A stretch of 64,000 nt of DNA from a virus: positions 32,001-96,000 of IMG/VR virus record IMGVR_UViG_3300024324_000009, one strand, 5' to 3'. The stretch's first letter is position 1. Every line of letters starts with the position of its first letter. The notes under the pieces are model-generated. The model was not told the DNA's origin. It was given only the letters and a program-made list of their open reading frames with translations, and searched no databases. The translations under genes were made by a program, and so were the position numbers. Positions 19,201 to 27,238 of the stretch are shown piece by piece.

Positions 19201-20813
19201 AACAAGACAAAGTAGGAGCAGAGGCATACTTAGCTAAATTAAAAGATGCAAAAAACGCTGTGAAAAATAGGAACTACGAGGCCCAACTCGCCAAGCTAGA
19301 CCCTGACCAAAGAATGGAGTCTACGTTAGTACAGCTACTTGCTGAAGAAACACCTATACTTAATGGATACTTAAAAGGTATTAATTTTTATAGAGATGGT
19401 AATGTAGACAAACTGGGAGGAGGCGAACCACCTAATGCAGGATGGACTCAAGGTTTTGCAGACATGGCTGGGGCTGTTGAGGGACGAAGTGACGTTCTGT
19501 TAAAGGCTGGCCAATCTGAACCACTCAGCGAAGGCAAACTGGATTATGGTAAAACATGGAAGTACTACGCGAGACTAATGAATGATGCTCAAAACCTTAG
19601 TGCCGATGCTACACCTGAACAAATAAAGGCTAGAGAAGGAAACATACAACAAGAGAGAGCAGTAGCAGACGCACAACAAGCAACAAACAATAAAAGATAT
19701 GATGCTGCTGTTAGGTTTGGTAAAGCGTTAGCTGGCACCCGTGTTCCTACAGATTCGCCAGTGGCTTGGGTAAAGTACCGTCAAGCACAACTGGAAAAGT
19801 TTAGAGTAAATGTTGCACAGGCTACAAATACAGAGCCAGACTATCCTGAAGCAAAAGATATTCCTGCTCTTAACGAGTCAGGTGTTACAAAAAACTGGGT
19901 AAATAGCATATTTAATTCAAAAGGTGAAGATTCAGTGGTTTCACAAAGAGGAGCGAAAGAACTCCTAAGATGGAAAGCTAAACAAAAAGGTGAGAATGCA
20001 GAAGCACTCCTTGGTCTTGCTAACGAAATAGACGGCAACGTAGGCTTTAATGATATTTACCCTTTTGATCGAGTAAACGACACAGAATTAGAAGCCGCTA
20101 CAGACCTACAAGGTATTCAAGCTATAACTGGTAGATTCAACAAATTTGTGTTAACCAGAAAAAATCTAGCGTTGCCTCTATTAGAAAGAAATTTAGAAAA
20201 TCTTTACAAAGGAGGCTTATGGACTCCAGAAAGAGGACTAGAAGAGAACTTAGGAGCATTGAATGCCTTAGACCCAAGACTAGACCAATCGGGTATAAGT
20301 AAAAAGATACAAAAATTTGGACCAAAAACTCAATATTATTCAGATGGTGGGTCGGTATTTACGCCCAGAGGTACGGATACAGTTCCTGCTATGTTAACAC
20401 CGGGAGAATACGTTGTTAATAGAAAGGCCGCTGCCCAAAACAGACCTTTATTAGAAGCTATAAACGGAAAACAAAGCAGAGCAAAAAATAGTCCATATTA
20501 CCATGATGGTGGAGATGTAACAGGAAATGGTGTAAATAATGTTGTAGTAGACACACAAGAAATTAGCAAGTTTGTTACCTCGTTTGACAGATTTGCTAAA
20601 GAATTGGCCTCATTAAATGTTCCTGAACAAATTACAATTCAGGGAACACACACTGTTGAAGTTAATGTAAATGGTGGACAAGTTCTTAATGACCTATTAA
20701 ATGGACCAATCGGTGATTTGGTAAGAACAGAAATTGCAAGTGCATTTGAACAACAGAATCAAGACTCAGAAGGAACCATACCTAACCCATTCAATCCAGC
20801 AACAAATCCATAG
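10236..20813 (+). CDS. Tape measure protein (TP901-like core) with inserted cargo domains
   Basis: AGGAG RBS. The N-terminal ~520 aa has TMP hallmarks (YERELAKVQQVT, LSQAGLSA, TTRESAETIGTGLKTIVTRL, LKQFGIQLTD, IIEELGGFRQ). Four DTVPAMLTPGE[FY]V motifs. 3525 aa. Confidence 0.9.
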   Translation: MASFDITAQINLRGPSNVKQIAADIRRQLSNIKSTVNLKLDPKTVQNVAIVNKNFRALNATLAASKGNINAVSTAFNNLNKSMASLSTSSKNAANSVKSVATAAKTATAATQSLQKGAQSAGTAASNLGAEVASGARKFLVFSGVSTLINAVTSSIAQGVGAFVEYERELAKVQQVTNATSGGLSKLSKDIQEAAVSTGAAATELAKVSVVLSQAGLSARETSEALQTLAKTTLAPTFGDITDTTEGAIAILRQFKLETSELETALGSINAVAGAFAVSASDIITAVKQAGAVFASSSQGVSEGTDALNEFIAVFTSVRQTTRESAETIGTGLKTIVTRLQRLDTIQSLKQFGIQLTDLEGKFVGPFEAIKRLSEGLQAFDPRDVRFGAIIEELGGFRQVGKVIPLIQQFAVAQEALNVAREGGTSITDQQIIAERTLSVQLQKTAANFQAFITGVAESDAFQGITKGLLGFVNALISLADILKDVIPVLAALAANAAIPAIAQFAGGFGAKLLGKNKGGAVPHHFARGGYVPGSGDRDTVPAMLTPGEFVIRKKAVQAIGTDKLSAMNGGQGAAIATQAKNKGGMIQHFAEGGTVSVDYAKKKPSASKERELIGNNLVQSVNSLASYYDPESKQLSSRKSPKNLPNYAGIVGGIFESAVELVAGQSDKQKNEAVWDYPSGIGSTDLFNNVPGLGVPTDAKKSATTATVRKKLKAHYRNAQGTDLNRKKFGIVAFGKGEDYEYQFDPEAIKQEVAPQRAAKAQKANRGGLIQHFQDGDLVVAGSGRVTQKDIKEATSGQLNSALQNPKVNAKSRAAIQNELQQRETANNATNVAVVGILPLGYSKDYPPQPLGGENVKISSRGLPKAKEEAFLNIAEGLRGVVQTAAVEIGGSAKPLTPEQEKSTGLENVQGTIFEAVLSALGATGGSIQNQSMDYANGLGPAASLYPGIGPDWPTEVKRDVTGPGFTRSKKNIANFYSAQKFAEGGKVKSKGGLGIKTTGGNTITSVFEDGQSSSGEVVAKSIGQNLFAVLSSQVSGGGGRALYDSAMKQATSQGGSLTSDRSRVSSSALSRIWTTYFNKGTSKDGKKVSKKPVPDNMLYTGAFFDESDYPSPNPASWQGQAVPLQYAYKQFADGGAASGGDTVPAMLTPGEFVINKKAAKSIGLSKLREMNYADKIRGYAKGGPVGGVQYFDNGDTVDPLSQSGGVNPCCPDELKAANTNAKTAKKMEDAADSMNEAGEKQEEAADEMSTGQAIFLAFIGPAIEQGIKKAFPNSRVAAATGEGIQQGAATYQTSSALLGTIGKVLGKFPGVVGKAGKLITASAKGIAVVLGALSFGIGARSGYIQKSIELLSQEIETGAKDTAKAIKNFNDLLLDPNISTETLGKSLGELSNKINDLNTVRGEKAAVEIQQLQPYLPYFESNDDKQFRQASERNIEREAFETGAQDALTSLEAALQNGKKLGDIFDNMSKKEAQGLKKAIAFQDKAIREQIKALEKQRDATEEGTPEREALNEQIAVAIDTGYVENAQRLKIIAQLKEAERAVEENRRRLVNSSTSLEKYVEAFGTAIAIAGNNFQVASLEAKSFADGFAGVDLQNLFAAQITTLENPRAFNDAENAISLDPLKGVLGDNAKVFAALVQLPNRLEDAINSAAAGAAGQDSENVGRAISAAISGNLGEFEGTALGDALVGSLTEQIEKASKGGKGTADTTAIIDSSTDIVRKTSENFTKAAVEALKLIREAGVQVASFAQVAETSFKKFNRGLLLAAQGTTRLNQDIDRLVSGRNDPRSISDINARTTGAARSEVSGVAQFIQQNADAQKQLIDLQSRSLQAQMEGAQSFNQNVTEIGRVKAEIIGLRQQTENLRTALTDKLGELKNELSNRLSELKEQSAASRSLIDSVFSDEQGANESFDAAMRLANGDASGISSGPEALKVLKEISRLQQAGLIPDDPKVIENAYKRAAKAAGIQFSPEGLKVFKQAFANPEDDSEVKAYVKELRATNAEINQLTNVLNLQELQNSNDALIASQTALTKVMSDLPETINTIAEKIQASGLKAPIEVLEAGNIKVSKADRVDIRDTLGASQALPTTKAVGGIIYRSTGGEGPASSVSTGPGSNINWAPRGSDTVPAMLTPGEYVVNAQATKANRGLLENINSGKGKKVQPIYRASGGPTDTSERGWIDYFDEQTQSGRGFLESIYSFGGVTKVWPDIATKLGGLGDTLGSWYGSAKDTVNSGLASQFTKFGNYKGQILPKYIIEAIKTGTITETKGLASVPKKAWSNLIPRIINNVGNTKLAQDLTKWGGSKWAKASPTLNTAVQAEKYADDIAPSVFKKTFPKIMKSQFAKGTFKNLPIAEWAVSGLLASRNRWSELERKGGSTNQMVMSSLAEFLAGGTAGAPTDSSGYSGIASAGIDNASRLFSNIYAGFQRGGPQGAVAAGLVTVGAMGIRLAEETRGWRLDAIQEMGSFQDLRANEKAGAKSAKQQERDRIKDFKEAGVKDLEYLDSQIDILGLTQFKRAQRYGGFQADKDFYGSDNNPYLDMDIDTEAVKSREYNEWVQQYWNGKVNSSAFMSNKGEMRLIEFDPALIPEIQKASFRSGNVFENRYSDDTIQKAYNKVASQENKKKTVELKSLGGKAVGVYPNAEAYDGSYPKSLDSLTQSIDDRSESIYQNTQGVKQPDGTRDETQTGFNNIYSKDTVLRDIDDELATKMLASNTFFNRIPRDLTTNDKQAFEDSKRYTQDVTEIAKRYTAREEELKQIAREERDAQAKAEADRAKEKVDANAATQTKISNISAFATSGKEGLKDLGYKEFYPYIDKSSEINKLQADSIKMRGKLNAQAAGPTLNLGQYVDFEYGKLGKDANTLLKSQEAIQIPTDVAAAVAEYRKNYVQSSPLYEKGIKRFADSITEWEFNQEEPNIAAAIRRSIFTGQQINPGVIASLTANNEASDPDLAVQMGYDGDIDTAVQQFTKDREQAEVGKVRPVGGTVYEQDKVGAEAYLAKLKDAKNAVKNRNYEAQLAKLDPDQRMESTLVQLLAEETPILNGYLKGINFYRDGNVDKLGGGEPPNAGWTQGFADMAGAVEGRSDVLLKAGQSEPLSEGKLDYGKTWKYYARLMNDAQNLSADATPEQIKAREGNIQQERAVADAQQATNNKRYDAAVRFGKALAGTRVPTDSPVAWVKYRQAQLEKFRVNVAQATNTEPDYPEAKDIPALNESGVTKNWVNSIFNSKGEDSVVSQRGAKELLRWKAKQKGENAEALLGLANEIDGNVGFNDIYPFDRVNDTELEAATDLQGIQAITGRFNKFVLTRKNLALPLLERNLENLYKGGLWTPERGLEENLGALNALDPRLDQSGISKKIQKFGPKTQYYSDGGSVFTPRGTDTVPAMLTPGEYVVNRKAAAQNRPLLEAINGKQSRAKNSPYYHDGGDVTGNGVNNVVVDTQEISKFVTSFDRFAKELASLNVPEQITIQGTHTVEVNVNGGQVLNDLLNGPIGDLVRTEIASAFEQQNQDSEGTIPNPFNPATNP
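11811..20520 (+). repeat. Dispersed protein-level repeats in the TMP: DTVPAMLTPGE[FY]V x4 and [FY]xx[GD]G motifs
   Basis: DTVPAM codons start at 11850, 13662, 16608 and 20376. Related motifs FARGG, FAEGG (x2), FQDGD, FADGG, YAKGG, YSDGG and YHDGG lie between domains. Confidence 0.9.
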
Positions 20814-20823
20814 GAGCCTTAAC

Positions 20824-23800
20824 ATGGCAGATGAATTTACAACAGGTAATTTATACTTAGGTTCTGGTACAAGTGTATCGGATACAGAATTTGATATAAG
20901 GCTCTCTACCGAAGAAGGTATTTCTACATTATTTAATGCTAGTGGCAACGATATAGATTTTCGTGTAAATGCATCGGGTAGAGTAGGTATACACGTAGAT
21001 GCAGACACAGGACGAGTTGGTATAGGTACTGGACAAAATATTGGGGCAGCACTTCATGTAGTAAGTCAATGTCCTAATGATGGATTAAGAGTAGAGACCA
21101 GAACAGATTGTCCTACTGGTGTTCAGATAGAATTTATTCACCGTCCAATGACCGCACCTGAGAACAACTCCATTCCTGTACAAATTAATCTTGCTGGTAG
21201 AAATGACAATTCAGAAGACGTAAATTATGCTAGAATTATCAGTAAGGCTCTAAACACTAGCAATGGTAGCGAAGTAGGCGAACTTATTTTTACTGTGGCT
21301 TCAGGAGATACTGACTTTCCTGCACTGGTTCTTAATCCTTTTACTAGTTCCATCGGAACAGACAATTTAAATTCTGGCAACAACTACTTATTTATAGGCA
21401 ATAATAATTATGTTTCTGGAGATAACTTTGTTGTAATTGGGAATAACAATACGGGAGTAATAACAAACGGTATTTTAATAGGTATTGATAACTCTGTTTC
21501 TGGGGAAAGAGTACTTATTGTCGCAGATAATACTGTAGTTTCTGGAGATCAGAACATTGTCTTCGCTTTAGATAGCGAAATTTATGGTGACTCTAATCTA
21601 GTTATGACAGAAAATGTACTTTCTACTGGTGATCAGAATATAGTTCTTGGTCACAGCTACAATACAACTGGAGATTTTAATATTCTTTTATTGAATGATT
21701 CAGATCAAGTTGGCAGTAGTGGTGTTGGTTTTGGTAACCAAGTATCTAATTCTGGACAACGAAATGTTTACGTAGGTAACTTTAACACACTACAAGGAGA
21801 CGATTGTGTTGTTATTGGTTCAGAAGTAGAAGTTACTGGCAACAACAATATCCTTTACGGTTCTACTTCCTCACTTAGTGGAACAAGCATTATATCTATT
21901 GGTGCAGGAAATGACGTTCTTGATATTAATAGTGGTGTGTTCATTGGTTCTAATATTGACTTAGTGGATGGTGAGAAATCAGTCATTGTAGGACTTGGCA
22001 ACATAACTCAAAATGGTTTAACTGATAGTATTATTATAGGTATTGAGAATACGACCACTAATGGCAGTCCTACTGGTGTTATAGTTATCGGTCAAGACAA
22101 TAAGGTTTCTGTAGTTAAAAATACTACAATAATCGGTAACTCTAATGAGGCTAGCGGAACAGTCCTAAATAATGTAGTTTACGGAACTCTTAATTCAACT
22201 CCGTTAGACAGTCGCAACAATGTAATCGTTGGTGTTATGAATAACACTAGTGGTAATATTCTTAGCGATGGCACTGTAGACCCCAGTGGTCGTTTACCAG
22301 ACAGTACTATGGTTAATAGCATTACTTATGGTGTGAATAATATCGTAAGTGAAATTAGCGGAACTAATATAGTAGGTAGTAAAACCTATGCTTCTGGTCA
22401 GAATATTAACACTCACGGTTCTTTGAATCAGATCAAACAATCTAATGATGCTCAGATAATTGGACACTCCAATTTTATGGTTGGAGACAACAATACTATC
22501 GTAGGCAGCTATAATGATATAGTCGGCAATAATTCCGTGCTGGTATCTACATCGTCGCAGCGTCAATACGCCTTTGGCGATTCTAATATTTCTGTAGGTA
22601 ACAGTGAGGCAGTTATTAGCGGTATGACTATAGGTTTTGGTAATGATCTAGATGCCGTTAATGGCGTTATCTATGGTAGCGGCAACCAAATAGGATTGCG
22701 TAGACATATGTTTACCCTAGATAATGATGGTGCAGATGTTATTCTGGCTGTCAGGGGTGATCAAAGAGGAATTTATCTGCCGGGAAGTAAAATTATGTTG
22801 GCTGTACTTAACCCCGCCAACAAAGATGCTCCTATCGTGCTTAAAAGCATGAACGGGGTCAGCTATACTCCTAATGATGACACAACAAACATCACAATCA
22901 ATAGTCCTATCATTACGCCCACAGACGCCCCAAACTACGCGGTCAATGCATTCTTTGATGACCCCACCTATAACACTGGAGACAGGAGTGTAATTTCAGG
23001 CTGGATTATGCCTTACCAATCTGGCAACAGCACAGACCTTATCAACAATCCTTTATTCGGTTTTGGCTCCATAGTGCTTGGAACTAATAATACTTCAATG
23101 CACGCTCAAGGTATCGTTATAGGTCAAGGCAATGCCATATCAGGCACTAATCATGTGGCTATTGGTCAGAACCTAGAAGGCTTTTATAACAACGCTGTTC
23201 AGATAGGCAGCACCAACCTGAATAAACTTTACTTTGATAATTCAGAGATAGTATTTAACACAGGTGGACAACAAGACAGAGCAGTATTTAATACTAGTAT
23301 ATCTACCGTAGATGACGACCCTGTATCTATGGTTGTTGAGTACAACAACAATAGAGTAGGTATCAATAACGGCGACCCATCTAGCGAACTTGATGTTTCG
23401 GGTATTATTACTTCAAACGGTATCAAACTCTATGGAGAAAATTCTAACATCAGCGGTTGGATTCCTGTAAATACCGGAGATGGAACTGTCACATGGCAGG
23501 AGCCTACTACTTTATCTGGTATCAATAGCGGTATACTTATGAAGCATAGTGATACTGTAGCAACAGGATTATATAATGTATCATTCAATACTTCTACTCA
23601 ATCACTTGAATATAATCGTAGTGACACCATTAGAAATAATGAGTTCTTGTTTATTCCTAACCAAGACCAACTGTCTAACGCTGTTAGATTTTCAACAACT
23701 GGTATGTTTCTGAATGAAGACGGAACAAACAATATCAGAGACTATGGATATAGATTCTGCGTTTATGGTTCAGGGACTACAGACTCTAGTAACAATAGAG

Positions 23801-25419
23801 ATGGCACAATTAATGTTTATCTATTAAATACTATTAAAGAACGTAATGAAGTACAGATGACCAACTTTACTGGTGTTAGTGGAGCAATGAGAAACCTATG
23901 GGCAGATACCAGTATCAATGCTCCGGGTTCACTTACTGGTACGTTCTTATATGTAGACAATACAGACGATAACGCTTTACTGTCTAAGACAGTTCCGACT
24001 TTCTCTACTCTTTTTGCTATGCAAACGCACTGGCAGTCTGGTGATAGAGGCTTCAGATACTACCCTGAAGATTATGGTTATGTAGTAACTATCGGTTCTT
24101 CAGGAGGTGTTACTCAAGGTTTAGAAACCGGCTACGGAGATCAGTATAAATCTCCTAATGTTGTGCTTTCTAATTCAACAGCATATGGTTCAACTTTTAA
24201 TGCTGCTGGCATTTCACCTCATCCGTTTAGAGTAATTCAGTCTGGTCAACAAACAAATAATATTGGTATGCAGTATAGTTGTGCAAGTGGCATTTTGGGT
24301 CTTGGTGTTGGAGATGACACTCAGACAACTCTTGAAGGAACCACAATTAATCAGCAAGTAAAATGGGATGCCGCAACTTATGGTAATGCTAGGCTTATTG
24401 TAAACGGCAAGATAAGAACTTGTGGTTTGCAAATGACTACAACCGATGGCAGAATGGTTGGCACTAATGGAAATGGTAAGTATTTAAAAGTCAGCGACAT
24501 AAATGGAAACATAGAACTAGCTGACGTTGTTGTTACTCAAGAGTTCTTAGCCGATTGGCCCTTGGCTGCCAACACATTAAGTGATGGATCAAGAACGACT
24601 TATAAGATTGCTACAACAGGCACATCTAGTAGTATCTGGGGAGACAGTACTTTACCAGTAGAAGCAGCAGGTATTGGCTTGCACTGGAACGGTGCTGTTT
24701 GGGTACAAGGCTACAGTCACAGATTTGGTCAGCCACCTGCTAGTAATCTATCAGACACATATGCTGCTACTGGCGTAGCACTTGGTCCAGAGGCAACTTA
24801 CTTGAATACTAGACATCAGCACACTATCGCTGGTCAACCTATAGCTCCTCGCACCACTGTTCAAAGTAATGAGAACTGGAATGGTTCTGCACAAGAGACT
24901 TTGGTTCAGATGAAGGCTAGGACTATAAACAATGTTACAACAGAGTTGACAACTGATTTCAATAAAGAAAACGGTGGACCTTCTGCTACGATAGATAATA
25001 CTATTGCGTTAGTAATTAACGAAAAAGTTACTAGTGAAAACAATAAGAATGCAGTCTGGAGAGTAGAAATATCATGGACTGCCCTAGTGCAAGATGTTAG
25101 TTCCGCACTGTTTGAAGGAGCAAGTGGTAGATATAGCTTTGGAGTACTTAGTACAAAGCCGGGAGCAACCAGACAGAATATTATATTCGATGATGCTGAT
25201 GCATATTCTGTTGGAGAAAGTGCGGGTGGTAATATGTGGAGCAGTAGCAATCCTATTACTGCTGCTTTTGCCACGCAAGGTACAGACAGATTAACATTAA
25301 CTTGTCAAGGTGTTAGTGGTAAAAATATATTATGGTCTGCTCATGTAAGGTGTATACAACAACATCTACCAACTGATAGCCAAGGCAACGCTGTTAGTGT
25401 TGCTGGCAATGGTGTTTAG
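20824..25419 (+). CDS. Tail fibre/adhesin-like protein with long G/N-rich beta-roll repeats
   Basis: ATG at 20824 with GGAG RBS. NASGNDIDFRV..GRVGIGT and NRVGINNGDPSSELDVSG fibre-type motifs; ~14-aa hydrophobic-G-x-x-N repeats resemble the YadA head. Confidence 0.7.
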   Translation: MADEFTTGNLYLGSGTSVSDTEFDIRLSTEEGISTLFNASGNDIDFRVNASGRVGIHVDADTGRVGIGTGQNIGAALHVVSQCPNDGLRVETRTDCPTGVQIEFIHRPMTAPENNSIPVQINLAGRNDNSEDVNYARIISKALNTSNGSEVGELIFTVASGDTDFPALVLNPFTSSIGTDNLNSGNNYLFIGNNNYVSGDNFVVIGNNNTGVITNGILIGIDNSVSGERVLIVADNTVVSGDQNIVFALDSEIYGDSNLVMTENVLSTGDQNIVLGHSYNTTGDFNILLLNDSDQVGSSGVGFGNQVSNSGQRNVYVGNFNTLQGDDCVVIGSEVEVTGNNNILYGSTSSLSGTSIISIGAGNDVLDINSGVFIGSNIDLVDGEKSVIVGLGNITQNGLTDSIIIGIENTTTNGSPTGVIVIGQDNKVSVVKNTTIIGNSNEASGTVLNNVVYGTLNSTPLDSRNNVIVGVMNNTSGNILSDGTVDPSGRLPDSTMVNSITYGVNNIVSEISGTNIVGSKTYASGQNINTHGSLNQIKQSNDAQIIGHSNFMVGDNNTIVGSYNDIVGNNSVLVSTSSQRQYAFGDSNISVGNSEAVISGMTIGFGNDLDAVNGVIYGSGNQIGLRRHMFTLDNDGADVILAVRGDQRGIYLPGSKIMLAVLNPANKDAPIVLKSMNGVSYTPNDDTTNITINSPIITPTDAPNYAVNAFFDDPTYNTGDRSVISGWIMPYQSGNSTDLINNPLFGFGSIVLGTNNTSMHAQGIVIGQGNAISGTNHVAIGQNLEGFYNNAVQIGSTNLNKLYFDNSEIVFNTGGQQDRAVFNTSISTVDDDPVSMVVEYNNNRVGINNGDPSSELDVSGIITSNGIKLYGENSNISGWIPVNTGDGTVTWQEPTTLSGINSGILMKHSDTVATGLYNVSFNTSTQSLEYNRSDTIRNNEFLFIPNQDQLSNAVRFSTTGMFLNEDGTNNIRDYGYRFCVYGSGTTDSSNNRDGTINVYLLNTIKERNEVQMTNFTGVSGAMRNLWADTSINAPGSLTGTFLYVDNTDDNALLSKTVPTFSTLFAMQTHWQSGDRGFRYYPEDYGYVVTIGSSGGVTQGLETGYGDQYKSPNVVLSNSTAYGSTFNAAGISPHPFRVIQSGQQTNNIGMQYSCASGILGLGVGDDTQTTLEGTTINQQVKWDAATYGNARLIVNGKIRTCGLQMTTTDGRMVGTNGNGKYLKVSDINGNIELADVVVTQEFLADWPLAANTLSDGSRTTYKIATTGTSSSIWGDSTLPVEAAGIGLHWNGAVWVQGYSHRFGQPPASNLSDTYAATGVALGPEATYLNTRHQHTIAGQPIAPRTTVQSNENWNGSAQETLVQMKARTINNVTTELTTDFNKENGGPSATIDNTIALVINEKVTSENNKNAVWRVEISWTALVQDVSSALFEGASGRYSFGVLSTKPGATRQNIIFDDADAYSVGESAGGNMWSSSNPITAAFATQGTDRLTLTCQGVSGKNILWSAHVRCIQQHLPTDSQGNAVSVAGNGV

Positions 25420-25442
25420 GACTTATAGGAAAGGATTTTTAA

Positions 25443-27224
25443 ATGGCAAACAGAAATGGGCCAGCAATAACTTATGGTGACTTTGAATTTGATCCTATAC
25501 GAGGATTTCCTGTACCACAAATTAGTTTAAATACGACTGCCAATAGATCATCAGCAGGTCTTCCATTCAATTATCAAACAGATGTAACCCTTAATGGTCT
25601 TATCTACGGTTTTACTGGTTATAATAATGATTGTGAAAGTCCAAGTCAGCTAGATCAAAATACAGGCTTTGGTTTTCTTGTAGACCAAGCTAAAGAACTA
25701 CAAGCGGCTTTTCTTGCAGATAATCAGGAACTTCTAGTATCTTGTGCGTTTGACGGAGGAGGACAAGAGACTGTTTTGCTCAGTGGAGGAGGATCAGACC
25801 AAATTTTACAAGTCACTAGCATTCAGTTCAATGAATCACAAGACTTATGGGCGATAACTGTTCCTTATACTATCACCTTACAGATTATTAGTCGATCAGA
25901 CATTACTGGTAGCGGATCGGGATATCCACCTGATGGTAATGGATTTTTAGTTTCTAGCATTACTGACTCCTTGACTATCACCCCAGATACTGACAAAAGC
26001 TATTACGTGGCTAATGATTCTTATCCAACACCTAATCCACAATCAGTAAGCAATAATTTCAATCAGACTATAATAAACGGAGACTTTAATAATGATGCCA
26101 CTCCTTATTACAACGCATCTATATTCCCTACTTATACTGTAACAAGAAGCCTTTCAGCTAACGGCTTGTCAAACGGAACAGGCATTGGCGACTCAATTAA
26201 GAATGCAAAAGAATGGTGTTTATGGCAGGCTACGTACCAACCTATTGAGTCCTTAACTTCCGACTTAAATCTGTATAATTTTGTGAGGACTATAAATGCT
26301 GACGCTACTGCTGGCAGTTATTCTATCAGTGACACATACAAGGCAATTAAATCTGATGTTGATGGCAACCCTTGCGAAAAATTTCTAGAAACTTTTGAAA
26401 TTTCTCAAGACACAAGAAACGACGGCACAAAAAGTGTCACTATACAAGGAACAATAGAAGGACTAGAGGTTACAATACCTTTAATGGATTGCAACACACA
26501 GAATCCTGCCAACCCAATCTCTGATCCATCTACTGATCCTGCATTTTCTGGTTCTAATACCGGAGTATTATATCCCACCCATAGTGGAACTGAGCAAGGT
26601 GCAAAAAACACTAAGTACAACAATGCTTTAAGCGGCTGGATTGAAATTCAACCTACATTATATAGTCGTTGTATGACGATAAACCCCGATCTCAATACCA
26701 GCGAAACTCCTTCTTTTGCAAGTTCATCTTCTCCGTATTGGTTAAATCCAACTCCAATGAGTCAAAGAGAAGGCTTTAGTCCAGCAAAAGGAACTATAAG
26801 CTATAATGCCAGCTTCGACAACAGGCCTTTGTCTTTAGTTCCAGAAGCCAACGGAGAAAGATTAGATGTAAGCGATAATTTTTCTGTTAGGTCTACAGCT
26901 AATATTTTTGTCATAGGAAGAAGATTGGGTCCGATTAAACAAGACTTGGGGTCATATACGCAACCTTCTAGAAGAGTAAGCTATAGTGCTAGATTTCCAA
27001 AGCCTATATCAATGGAAGGATATGCTTTCCCTCCGAATGTGATTTCTAATATATACAATGCCCTAAGTCAATTTGATCCAAATCGATTCAATGCGATTAA
27101 TGGAGAAACATATGTAAGCGTTTTAAAAAGTGATAGTTTTCAATACAGCCCTATAGATGCAAGCGTGAGTGTTACACTTGAATGGGAATATAATAAGTGC
27201 GGAACGCCGCCTTCACCGGGATAA
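25443..27224 (+). CDS. Putative tail-tip/baseplate structural protein
   Basis: 593 aa, rich in beta-strand and S/T residues; AAGGA RBS; lies in the post-TMP structural block. Confidence 0.45.
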   Translation: MANRNGPAITYGDFEFDPIRGFPVPQISLNTTANRSSAGLPFNYQTDVTLNGLIYGFTGYNNDCESPSQLDQNTGFGFLVDQAKELQAAFLADNQELLVSCAFDGGGQETVLLSGGGSDQILQVTSIQFNESQDLWAITVPYTITLQIISRSDITGSGSGYPPDGNGFLVSSITDSLTITPDTDKSYYVANDSYPTPNPQSVSNNFNQTIINGDFNNDATPYYNASIFPTYTVTRSLSANGLSNGTGIGDSIKNAKEWCLWQATYQPIESLTSDLNLYNFVRTINADATAGSYSISDTYKAIKSDVDGNPCEKFLETFEISQDTRNDGTKSVTIQGTIEGLEVTIPLMDCNTQNPANPISDPSTDPAFSGSNTGVLYPTHSGTEQGAKNTKYNNALSGWIEIQPTLYSRCMTINPDLNTSETPSFASSSSPYWLNPTPMSQREGFSPAKGTISYNASFDNRPLSLVPEANGERLDVSDNFSVRSTANIFVIGRRLGPIKQDLGSYTQPSRRVSYSARFPKPISMEGYAFPPNVISNIYNALSQFDPNRFNAINGETYVSVLKSDSFQYSPIDASVSVTLEWEYNKCGTPPSPG

Positions 27225-27238
27225 GAAAGGAATAGGAA

